A DNA stretch of 63,003 bases, the filler included, from Folioceros fuciformis (Eukaryota), in assembly GCA_049999805.1 (NCBI GenBank). It is 14 parts of 14 records of this genome, joined end to end, with 100 filler letters (N's around TTAATTAATTAA, not from the genome) between each part and the next. Parts side by side here need not be neighbours in the genome. Positions count along the whole stretch, not along the records: positions 1 to 4,668 come from JBNGIO010004880.1; positions 4,769 to 9,460 come from JBNGIO010004882.1; 12 more parts are not named here. One strand, given 5' to 3'. A program made the translations under genes and the position numbers. The notes beneath the pieces are model-generated. The model saw only the letters and a program-made list of their open reading frames with translations, was not told where the DNA came from and did no database searches. Positions 1 through 9,560 of the stretch are shown here, piece by piece (the first letter of the stretch is position 1; every line of letters starts with the position of its first letter).

Positions 1-3000
1 TGTGGTCTAAGCGCATGAAGACTGCCCTCAACACAAGGGATCTTCTCCCAATTGTTGAAGGAACTTTTCCCAAGCCCATCGGTAATCCGGTTGCCCTTGA
101 CGCTTGGGTTCGTCAAGATCGTCAAGCCATGCAGATGTTGATCTCTGGCCTTGACGAGGTTACATTACACCACACGGATGGTGCGTCCACATCAGCAGAA
201 GCTTGGAAGCAAATCACTGATATCTATCAATCTACTAACGTTATGACGTTGGTCACAGTACGTCTAGAGTTTTACTCTCTGCGTATGGGTCATAATGATA
301 GCGTTGCTCAACACGTTAGCAAGTTTAGATATCTACGGGCTCAACTTGCTGCTCTAGGGACAACCATCACAGAATTTGAAGCGGCTGTTCAGTTATTGGC
401 TAGCCTCCCTGCTAGCTACCAGACCTTTGTCTCCTCACAAAACCAAACGGTGAGAAATGCACATCAGGCTGTGCAGTCGGGTATGGTACCCAACATCATC
501 GTGTCCGAGATAGCTGGAGCTCTTCTTCAAGAGGAGGCTGCCAGGTTCAATGTCGGGACTTCAAAACACGGAGGAGACCGGGTTATGTTCGTCGCCAAAG
601 GACGTCAACAACAGCGTAAGAATTCTACAAAACCTAAACACAGGAACAATTCACAAGGTTCCGACAAGCCTGCTCCCTCGGCTGGCTCCTCTTCCAAGAC
701 CACGAAGCGACAAGGCACGTGCAATTGGTGCCAAACGCCCGGTCATTGGGAAAGGGAGTGCAGGAAGAAGCAAGCTGGTGAGGCCAAGCGAGAGCCTCGT
801 ACTGCCAACTCGGCTACTGTCTCGACTAAGGCCAAGAATCCTTCTCAACCTGGAATTGCTCTCACCGTGTGTCTTGTGGCATTTGAGTACAGGCAGTCTT
901 GGCTGCTTGATTCTGCTGCGTCTGCGCACATCTGTAGTCACAAGACCATGTTTACCACGTATGAGGCGGCTGCTGACACTCAGCGCTTCGTACTTCTTGG
1001 AGATGATTCTGGCCTCTCCATTGCGGGGATTGGGTCTGTTTCCTTCACTCTGGCTGACGGATCCCACATGATGCTTACTAATGTTTTACATGTTCCCCAG
1101 ATGGCCCAGAATCTCATCTCTGTTCGACAGCTTGTCAAGGACGGCTCCTTTCGCCTAGAGTTTGGTTCAGGCGATTGTCTTCTATATCGGTCTTCTAACC
1201 CTCGTGTGGTTGTTGCTAGAGGACGTCCGCGTCATGACTTGTATGTTTTCACAGGTCAGCCCGTGCTTCCGGCAGCTACCTCCCTGGCGGTTCCCTCACA
1301 TGGAGACCAGCCTTCAAGGAGATCCCACCCAGGTGACGCTCTCCTTTGGCATTGTCGGCTTGGACATCTTAATCCAGCCCGGCTCCTGGCCACGACTCAG
1401 CAGGACTTGTATCGCGATAAGCTTCCCCGAATTTCGTCAACACCTCCTCTTTGCGAGGCTTGTGTGCTTGCTAAACAGCGAAGTTCTCCTTATCCTTCTC
1501 TTCCTGCTAGTCGGACCACTGCGCCTCTTGACTTGGTCCACGTAGACCTCTGTGGTCCTCTCCCTGTTGCGTCTTTAGGCGGGGCTAACCACTTTATGAC
1601 TGTCGTTGATGACTTCAGTCGATATACGTTTGCGTTTCCCATCCGCCTTAAGAGTGACTCTTTTAATGTGTTCTCACCCTTTGTTGCTATGGCCGAGTTA
1701 CAGACTGGTCGTAAACTTCGATGTATTCGATCCGACAATGCGGGAGAGCTCAACAACCCTCAGTTTCGTGCCTTCTGCGAGGAGCGTGGTGTCTTGCGCC
1801 AGTTCACTGTACCTTACACCTCCAAGCAGAATGGCGTGGCCGAGAAGGCTAACAGCGATTTGATGTCCATGGCTCGTGCCATGCTGACTCAGTCTCAGCT
1901 GCCCAAGTCCTATTGGGCTGAGGCTGTGTCTACGGCGGCATACATTAGAAATAGGGTCCTTACTAAGGCGGTTTCAGGCCGTACACCCTACGAGTGCTGG
2001 CACGGGAGCAAGCCTCTACTCTCACATCTTCGTGTTTTTGGTTGCCCTGCCTATGCCTTTGTCCCTTCACAGCACCGTGACAAGCTTGATGCTCGTGCTC
2101 GGAAGCTAGTTTTTGTCGGCTATGGTGATGATCGCAAAGCCTACAAGCTCGTGGACATGGCCACTCGGAATCTAATCTATGCGCGCACAGTCACCTTTGA
2201 TGAAGCCAAGATAGTGCCTGCCCTCCGAACATCCTTTGAGATTCCTCCTGGCATCCCCGATGGTGCTTCCTCTGGCTCCAGCACTCCACGCTCCCTTGGT
2301 GACCTCACTCTTGACCACCATGTTCAACCCTTTTCCTTTCCCGTTGATGGTGTTCCTCCTACTCCTCCTGTGGCTCCTATCCCTCTAGCAGGACCACTGC
2401 CGCCAGCTGCTGGTCATGTTCCTTACATGCAGCCTGCTCCTGCGCCATTAGTTCCTGCTCGAGAGGGGGACATGGAGATATACCATGACGCTGTAGTGGA
2501 GGACCTTCCTATGGAACAAGGTGATGTTGAACATGTTCATTATGATCACGTGGTGCCCCATGAAGTTATTCCAGCACCCGCCACTCCTTCATCCCCTCCT
2601 AGGCCACCAGCTGCTCCCGAGCGTAGATATCCTACTCGTGTGCGTCAGCCTAGACATCTTTGGAAGGACCTACCATTTGACATTGAGTTTAATCAAGCTC
2701 ATCTAACTTATGGTGATTCTATGGATTTCCCCTATGCCTTAAGTGTCGCTGCTGCAGAGGGAGATCCTTTAACCTTACAGGAGGCTTACTCAAGACCTGA
2801 GGCAGCTAAATGGAAGCTGGCCGTCGATGATGAGTATAACTCATTAATCAAAAACAATACCCGGTCTCTTGTTAGCTTGCCCAAGGGTAGATCGACCGTC
2901 AAATGCAAATGGGTTCTTAAGACAAAGTTCCAGGAAGTTGAGCCTAGAATCCGCTACAAAGCGAGATTAGTGGCTAAGGGGTATAGTCAAAAAGAGGGAG

Positions 3001-4668
3001 TTGATTATCAGGGCGATAAGGTTTACTCACCCGTAGTTAAAGCTGCATCCGTGAGGATGCTCCTTGCATTATGTGCTGAACTAAACTTAGAAATTTATCA
3101 GCTAGATGTGTGCACGGCCTTTCTCTATGGTCATCTACAGGAAGAGATTTACATGGATCAACCTGAGGGCTACGAAGACAAGGCATGCCCACACAAGGTG
3201 TGTAAACTCAACCGCTCTATTTATGGACTCAAGCAGAGCCCACGCTTGTGGTATGAGAGGATGGACTCTTACCTTAAGAAAATAGGATTTGTCCAAAGCG
3301 AAGCTGATACTAATATCTATGTGCTGCGCAAGGATAGCTCACTTGTTCTAGTCGCTCTCTATGTTGATGACTTGGTCATTCCAGGGAACAACGTAGACCT
3401 AGTCAACAAGATTAAGGCTGACCTCAGCAGGGAATTCGAAATGAAGGACCTAGGAAAGGTTAAGTATATCCTTGGCATGCATGTACATAGAGATAGTACA
3501 GGCGCTATTTACCTACACCAGGGTAGATACGTAGCTGGTATGCTCAAACGCTTCAACATGGAGAATGCAAGGGCGTCAACAACACCAGGTGCCTTTGGCG
3601 TCAAGCTTTCTTCTGCCTCATGTCCACAGTCTGAAGAAGAAAAGAAAGAGATGGAGAATATCCCTTACCGTATGGCCGTAGGTACTCTTATGTTCTTGAG
3701 TAATCAAACAAGGCCTGATATCTCCAACACTGTAAATGCAGTTGCTCAGTTTTCTGAGAACCCAGGAAAGGTTCACTGGGTAGCCCTCAAGCGTATCATG
3801 AGGTACCTCAAGGGTACCCCCAATTATGGTCTTTGCTATAAACCCAGCGGAAAGAAGCGTCTCCAACTCACCTGCTATGTAGATGCAGATTGGGCTTCAG
3901 ACGCTGATACCCGCAAAAGCATATCAGCCTTTTGTTTCCTCGCCAGCTCCTCCGTAGTTAACTGGTCTTGTAGAAAACAAGCAGCCATCTCTTTATCTTC
4001 AACAGAATCAGAGTATAAGGCTCTTACCGAAGCTACAAAGGAGGCTGAATGGGAAAGGAAGCTTTGCGAAGACTTGGGTATGAAGCAAGAAGGGCCAACT
4101 ATCTTGCATTGTGATAACATGTCCGCGATTGCTTTGGTTGCTAACCCCGTCTTTCATGCACGCACCAAACATATAGAGATACAACATCACTATATAAGGG
4201 ATGTTGCTGAGCGAGGTATCGTCAAGGTTCAGTATATACCTATTGACGACAACACAGCAGATGTACTTACCAAGTCCTTGCCCAAGTTTAAACACTCTTA
4301 CCACCGAGAAGGGCTTGGGTTGGTGGATTGTAGTACTTACATGACACTAGATAAGTCACTCATATGGTAGGACCTTACACTACACCTTTATTCCGTCACT
4401 TGGGTTGATGTTTCAGACCAGATAACATGCTTCTCTTCTGGTCTCTGGAGTGGTGTTCTACTTTGAGAGTTTCTGTAGACTACAGACTCTGCAAGAGTGA
4501 GGACGACCGACTCTTGGTGACAGCCGATTTGAAGATGTTTGAAGCTTGGCGTCAACGGCGGTGATCTCCGTTTGTACATAGGAGCTCTCAGTTCACAGCA
4601 ACCAGCACGTGTCTGAGAGGGAGAGTTAGAATATAAGGCAGACCACGTGGTTCTGTATCACGTTGGTT
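1..4668 (+). mobile_element. Ty1/copia LTR retrotransposon (5' part outside window), with PPT and start of 3' LTR
   Basis: Copia domain order gag-PR-INT-RT-RH. Purine tract GAGAGGGAGAG at about 4615-4625, followed by LTR-like sequence up to the gap. Confidence 0.95.
15..4370 (+). CDS. Copia Gag-Pol polyprotein, uninterrupted (reading frame probably begins upstream of window)
   Basis: CCHC knuckle CNWCQTPGHWEREC; protease LDSAASAH; HCRLGH...CEAC; integrase VDDFSRY / SDNAGE / QNGVAE; RT YVDD; RNase H YVDADWA...CDNMSA...ADVLTKSL. No stop in 1451 codons. Confidence 0.95.
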   Translation: MKTALNTRDLLPIVEGTFPKPIGNPVALDAWVRQDRQAMQMLISGLDEVTLHHTDGASTSAEAWKQITDIYQSTNVMTLVTVRLEFYSLRMGHNDSVAQHVSKFRYLRAQLAALGTTITEFEAAVQLLASLPASYQTFVSSQNQTVRNAHQAVQSGMVPNIIVSEIAGALLQEEAARFNVGTSKHGGDRVMFVAKGRQQQRKNSTKPKHRNNSQGSDKPAPSAGSSSKTTKRQGTCNWCQTPGHWERECRKKQAGEAKREPRTANSATVSTKAKNPSQPGIALTVCLVAFEYRQSWLLDSAASAHICSHKTMFTTYEAAADTQRFVLLGDDSGLSIAGIGSVSFTLADGSHMMLTNVLHVPQMAQNLISVRQLVKDGSFRLEFGSGDCLLYRSSNPRVVVARGRPRHDLYVFTGQPVLPAATSLAVPSHGDQPSRRSHPGDALLWHCRLGHLNPARLLATTQQDLYRDKLPRISSTPPLCEACVLAKQRSSPYPSLPASRTTAPLDLVHVDLCGPLPVASLGGANHFMTVVDDFSRYTFAFPIRLKSDSFNVFSPFVAMAELQTGRKLRCIRSDNAGELNNPQFRAFCEERGVLRQFTVPYTSKQNGVAEKANSDLMSMARAMLTQSQLPKSYWAEAVSTAAYIRNRVLTKAVSGRTPYECWHGSKPLLSHLRVFGCPAYAFVPSQHRDKLDARARKLVFVGYGDDRKAYKLVDMATRNLIYARTVTFDEAKIVPALRTSFEIPPGIPDGASSGSSTPRSLGDLTLDHHVQPFSFPVDGVPPTPPVAPIPLAGPLPPAAGHVPYMQPAPAPLVPAREGDMEIYHDAVVEDLPMEQGDVEHVHYDHVVPHEVIPAPATPSSPPRPPAAPERRYPTRVRQPRHLWKDLPFDIEFNQAHLTYGDSMDFPYALSVAAAEGDPLTLQEAYSRPEAAKWKLAVDDEYNSLIKNNTRSLVSLPKGRSTVKCKWVLKTKFQEVEPRIRYKARLVAKGYSQKEGVDYQGDKVYSPVVKAASVRMLLALCAELNLEIYQLDVCTAFLYGHLQEEIYMDQPEGYEDKACPHKVCKLNRSIYGLKQSPRLWYERMDSYLKKIGFVQSEADTNIYVLRKDSSLVLVALYVDDLVIPGNNVDLVNKIKADLSREFEMKDLGKVKYILGMHVHRDSTGAIYLHQGRYVAGMLKRFNMENARASTTPGAFGVKLSSASCPQSEEEKKEMENIPYRMAVGTLMFLSNQTRPDISNTVNAVAQFSENPGKVHWVALKRIMRYLKGTPNYGLCYKPSGKKRLQLTCYVDADWASDADTRKSISAFCFLASSSVVNWSCRKQAAISLSSTESEYKALTEATKEAEWERKLCEDLGMKQEGPTILHCDNMSAIALVANPVFHARTKHIEIQHHYIRDVAERGIVKVQYIPIDDNTADVLTKSLPKFKHSYHREGLGLVDCSTYMTLDKSLIW

Positions 4669-4768
4669 NNNNNNNNNNNNNNNNNNNNNNNNNNNNNNNN
4701 NNNNNNNNNNNNTTAATTAATTAANNNNNNNNNNNNNNNNNNNNNNNNNNNNNNNNNNNNNNNNNNNN
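4669..4768. other. Assembly linker N44-TTAATTAATTAA-N44, first of 13 (others start at 9461, 16232, 21219, 26150, 33662, 35652, 40590, 41815, 53340, 56211, 59467, 61231)
   Basis: Identical 100-bp gaps with a central 12-mer that gives stops in all six frames. Confidence 0.97.
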
Positions 4769-5413
4769 AACACCATTTTATAAGAGAACAGGTAGCAAGC
4801 GGATTAGTGCAAGTGATCTACTGCCCTACAGATCTAATGCCAGCAGATGTGCTCACTAAAGCATTGAGCAAGGTCAAGCACCAGCAGCACGTCCATGAAA
4901 TGGGGCTGCGCTCAGGATCTGGAAACCCGATCTGGGAGAACCCGGCAGCTGGTGGCGCGCAAGGCTCCAGCTCGAGATCAACAGCAGGAGCAGGCGGCGG
5001 CGCCTCAAGCCTGCACACACACCTAGCAGGCGGCGGCAGCGGCGTCGGCGCACAGGCATCACCAGCAGGTAGAGCAGGCTGGCGTGGCTCAACAGCAAGC
5101 GCCATCGTCTCAAGCGCAGCGGCAAGCGTCGGCGGCAAGTTTCTTTTAGGCGGTTCTATAGTTAGTCGAAGTTTCTTACCTAGGGTGTCTATTAGCTTAG
5201 CATAGGAATAGTTATTAAATCTATATAACTACCCTAACTCCTGAATGGGAGTGAAACAATAAATAAGTTTAATAGGTCTAGTCATTAGGTTAGTTAATAT
5301 AAATAGGACTAAGCCCTAACAAGACGGGTATTACGGTTGTAACCGTTCACGGGGTCGTGACACACATAACCGTCTGTTTGCACACTCACGATCAATCAAT
5401 CCAAAAATATTCA
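4769..5413 (+). mobile_element. 3' end of a copia element (RNase H tail, 3' region, PPT, ~162-bp 3' LTR) nested in another copia
   Basis: YCPTDLMPADVLTKAL motif; PPT GAATGGGAG 5243-5251; LTR 5252 TGAA...TTCA 5413, then an abrupt switch into integrase sequence (TPFERWTGQKP). Confidence 0.75.
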
Positions 5414-8050
5414 AGTACACCATTTGAGAGGTGGACAGGGCAAAAGCCAAGAATTTCACACTTGAGAGTTTTTGGCAGCCCTGCCTATGCCTTCATCCCA
5501 AAAGAAAAAAGGAGAAAGATTCAGCCAAATGCAACTAAGTGTATTTTTGTGGGGTACACGAAGGGCATCAAAGGATATAAGCTTTTTAATCCTGAAAAAC
5601 ACCAGCTGATATATGCTCGGAGTGTGGTTTTCGATGAAGATGCAGTTCTCAACAGGACCTCCATCCCTGCACACCATGTTTCAGAATCCAAACCCGTTAG
5701 CACTGAGTCAGAAGCTACCACCTCCGAAGAAGTTAGTGAGGAGGACTTTGGGAGCACACTTGGTGACTCTCCTCTTCACAGCCCTCGTGAGCGTCCTGAT
5801 GGTGAAGCTTCGGTGCCTGCTAGTGCTGATCATTTTGATTTGGAGTCATCTGATTCTGCTGCCCAAGAGCCTCCAGCTGGAGACGTCAGCCATTTTTCGT
5901 CCAACTGGACTGTGCCTCCGTACAGTCCTCCCAGCAACTCTCTACGGCCTTCCCGTCGGGGAGCATAAACGAAATCACAGTTCCTTGATCCAACCTTGCA
6001 GTTCGGCACTATCAACGTTGAGGGGGTGACACTTGCAGAGGGAGCTGGAGTTAGTGAAGGTACGACATCTGAAGGAGCAGATACTGAAAGAAGCAGACAA
6101 CGAAATGTTGCTCAAGCTCTAATCGCTGAGGCCCTGTTTGCAGCTGATCAAGCTGGAGACCCGAGTACCATGATTGAAGCCTTAAATGGCCCTCACGGTG
6201 CCGATTGGAAGGCCGCCATCAAATCTGAATACGACAGCCCGATCCAGAATGGCACCTGGAAGCTTGAACCATTGCCACCAGGGAGAAAGGTGGTTATCTG
6301 TAAGTGGGTCTTTAAGACCAAGCTCAACCCTGATGGTTCTACTGCAAGGTACAAGGCCAGGTTAGTGGCTCTTGGATTCACGCAGCGACCAGGTCTAGAT
6401 TACCATGATACCTTTTCGCCAGTTGTTAGGTTCACCTTAGTCCGTGTCCTCCTTGCCTTCGTAGCACAGAAGAACCTCACAGTCCATCATATGGACGTGA
6501 AGACAGCTTTCCTGCACGGAGAATTAGAGGAGGATGTGTATACGTAACAACCTGAGGGTCATGTAGATACGAAACACCCCAATCATGTCTGCAAGCTCAT
6601 AAAAACAATATACGGCCTTAAGCAGGCTCCAAGGGCATGGTTCCAGAAGTTCAGCACATGCCTCAAGTCATTAGGGCTCAAAGAAAGCGATGCAGACTCG
6701 AATGTTTACCTTTGCACTGATGGGGATATGTTCGTCATCATAGCCCTCTATGTTGATGATGCTCTGCTAATAAGTAACAGCCCTGGAACTCTGCTGCCAA
6801 AGGTCAAGGGTCTGTTGCAAACATTTTGAAATGACAGACCTTGGTGTCATCCGGTTCTTCTTGGGAGTGCAAGTGTTGCTTGTTCCAGAGAAAGGGTTAG
6901 TACTGCTGCACCAAGCACACTACGTAGACCTGATGCTCAGGACATTCAACATGGAGGACGCAAAGCCGGTCAGCACACCGATGGCCACTGGGACACGACT
7001 GTCCAAGTTGGACTGTCCAAAAACTGAGGAAGAAAGGGCCACCATGCTGGCAGTCCCCTACAGGAAGTTCGTGGGATTTGCCCTGTATATGTCAACAAAA
7101 ACGAGGTTTGACTTGAGCCAGCCTTGTGGCATTCTTGCCCAGTTTGTTGAGGACCCTGGCAACATTCACTGGACAGCAGGAAAGCGGGTCATGAGATACC
7201 TCAAAGGGACTAGAAATTATGGACTTCGGTATCGCAAGGACCCAACAGCCACTACATTGTTTCTGCAAGGCTACACTGATGCTGACTGGGGAGGAGACCC
7301 AGACACAAGAAGGTCAGTCTCTGCTTACTGTTTTACCCTTGCTGGAGCTGCAATTTCTTGGCAGTTGAAGAAGCAGACCTTCGTCAGCACCTCCACAACG
7401 GAAGCAGAATACGGAGTAGCTGCAGAGAGCTGCAAGGAGGCTGTGGCCAATCGAAGACTTCTGGCAGATATATCGCAAGAGCAAGCTGACCCCACGCCAG
7501 TGTTCTGTGACAACTAGTCGGCACTCCTGCTAGCCACATTATGAATCAATCCACAGAAGCAGTAGCTGCCAACATTCCAAACAATGGGGAGTGGAGAAGG
7601 ACTTACAGTAACGATGGACAACGGCTCCAGACTCGTTCGTGAACGAGCTCGCCTTCAGCATCAGTTCATAAGTCTCCTGGTTTCGGTACTGAACTGGATG
7701 GCCGACGCAAGTTGGTTTCCAGCCACAGCAAAAACAAGATAGCAACATCGCGAGCAGGCCTGTCACGGGCAGTAAGCAAAAGCTGGTGCGAGATTAGGTT
7801 AGGAACGTGCGCCTAAGAGGGAGTGTAGAGGGCCTAGGTTTAGCGGCCCCTTAGGCATTAATATAGTCGCAAGTTTAGCTTAACCTAACCGCCACCACCC
7901 AACCGACATCGGGCATGTCGGTTGAGTCAAGGGACACGTCTCGTCACCTGGACGTGCCTGCCAAACCTTGTACACTGCTCGCGTGAGCGTAATTCAATTG
8001 TTGTCTATTCTGCTAGCATGTGCGCTCTCTAGATTTCTCTATTCCCTACG
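5414..8050 (+). mobile_element. Degenerate copia element: integrase C-terminus, RT, truncated RNase H, PPT, 3' LTR (7824 to ~8050)
   Basis: SHLRVFGSPAY, CKWVFKTK, MDVKTAFLHG, YVDD, YTDADWGG motifs with in-frame stops; AAGAGGGAG|TGTAGAG at 7815-7830; CCCTACG end near 8050. Confidence 0.9.
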
Positions 8051-9460
8051 CGCCATATTGCGTTAGATGACAGGCAACTAAGCAATGGATGCAGTTTCCA
8101 TGTTGAATGCTGGCGTGTTTGAGACAGTAGCAAGAGAACCCCGTGAATTTATTGAGCAGTTGAGGGCCAGGCATGAAATTGCTAAGAGGATTTTGGCCAA
8201 AGCTCAAGACAGGCAAAAGAAGTTTGCTGATAGGCACGGGAAAGAGGCCGAATTTCAAGTGGGTGACAAGGTTTGGGTAAAGTTGAAGCACTTCCCAGTA
8301 CCTCAAAGACTGTCCCCAAAGTTAAGGCCTAAGTATGGAGGTTCTTTTGTAGTTTTGAAGCGCATTGGGAATGTGGCTTACAAACTACAACTGCCTAATT
8401 GGATCTTCTCTCATAATGTGTTTCATGTCTCTTTGCTGAAACCGTTTGTGATTTCGAAAGAGAATGAAGACACGAATAAGAAAGACTATGTTATCCTGAT
8501 TCAATATAACCATAGGTTGCAGGAGATTGTTGAATTCCTAGCAGAAAGAGAAGTGCCTTCTATCCGTAGTAATGTTCTAGAGTATCTTGTAAGGTTGCAT
8601 GATTTTGCGGATCCTATCTGGGTTTCACTTCAAGATGTGCAACAAGGATCATGGATGATCTCACGTTATACTGCAAGTCATTGATTGAGGACAATGACAT
8701 CTTCTTAGTGGGGGAAAGAGTAATGGCACAAGTGAAATAAAGTGAAAGTTAAAAGTTAAAAGGTGAAAGCTAAATCTAGAGTTATCTTGATGAAGAAGCA
8801 AGTACGCTTCTTGCTGCCTTGGGAAACAAGATGTGTGTTCCAGGCAAAACCTCCTAAGAAGAATGGAGTTGTAATGACCACTAGTATTCTGAGATGAGTG
8901 GTGTATATCATTCCCAGCTTTAGCTGTGGCCTAGCTGTGGAGTATAAATAGGCCAGTGTTAGGGTCTTGAGGACATACTAGTACTAATACACTAATACAC
9001 AGAGAGAGACAAGGGCAGTGAGAAGTCTAGCCTTGAGGCATAGCTCTCGAGGAGTCTAGGGCAGTAGCCAGAGGGGCGTAGATCGCCAGACTCTTTTGTA
9101 AGTATATGGAATAAAGAGCAGCACCTAGGGGAGGTGGTCTGCGAGTCGTCAGTGCACGGCGGGCTACTTGGAGCCAAGTGCTGAGTCGTGTGAAAGTACT
9201 TGGAACCTAGTGCTGAGTCGTGTGAGAGTACTTGGAGCCTAGTGTTGAGTCGTGTGAGAGTACTTGGAGCCTTGGAGCCTAGTGTTGAGTCGTGTGAGAG
9301 TACTTGGAGCCTAGTGCTGAGTCGTGTGAGAGTACTTGGAGCCTAGTGTTGAGTCGTGTGAGAGTACTTGGAGCCTTGGAGCCTAGTGTTGAGTCGTGTG
9401 AGAGTACTTGGAGCCTAGTGCTGAGTCGTGTGAGAGTACTTGGAGCCTAGTGTTGAGTCG
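8051..9460 (+). mobile_element. Ty3/gypsy chromovirus-type 3' end: integrase C-terminus with GPY/F and chromodomain-like tail, PPT, partial LTR
   Basis: KLRPKYGGSFVVLKRIGNVAYKLQLP...HNVFHVSLLKPF, then EYLVRLHDFADPIWV (ORF 8085-8684); purine tract GGGGGAAAGAG at about 8710-8720. Confidence 0.85.
9165..9460 (+). repeat. Tandem array of 32/40-bp units (TACTTGGAGCCTAGTG[C/T]TGAGTCGTGTGAGAG) with a 104-bp higher-order period
   Basis: Units start at 9165, 9197, 9229, 9261 (40 bp), 9301, 9333, 9365 (40 bp), 9405, 9437; runs into the gap. Confidence 0.95.
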
Positions 9461-9560
9461 NNNNNNNNNNNNNNNNNNNNNNNNNNNNNNNNNNNNNNNN
9501 NNNNTTAATTAATTAANNNNNNNNNNNNNNNNNNNNNNNNNNNNNNNNNNNNNNNNNNNN

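Noticed and set aside
4713-4724. TTAATTAATTAA motif recurring 13 times
   Set aside because: Always centred in a 100-bp N block; an assembly linker, not biology. ORFs containing X runs are artefacts.
9165-9460. 32-bp repeat as a CRISPR array
   Set aside because: No spacers; a head-to-tail array inside an LTR.
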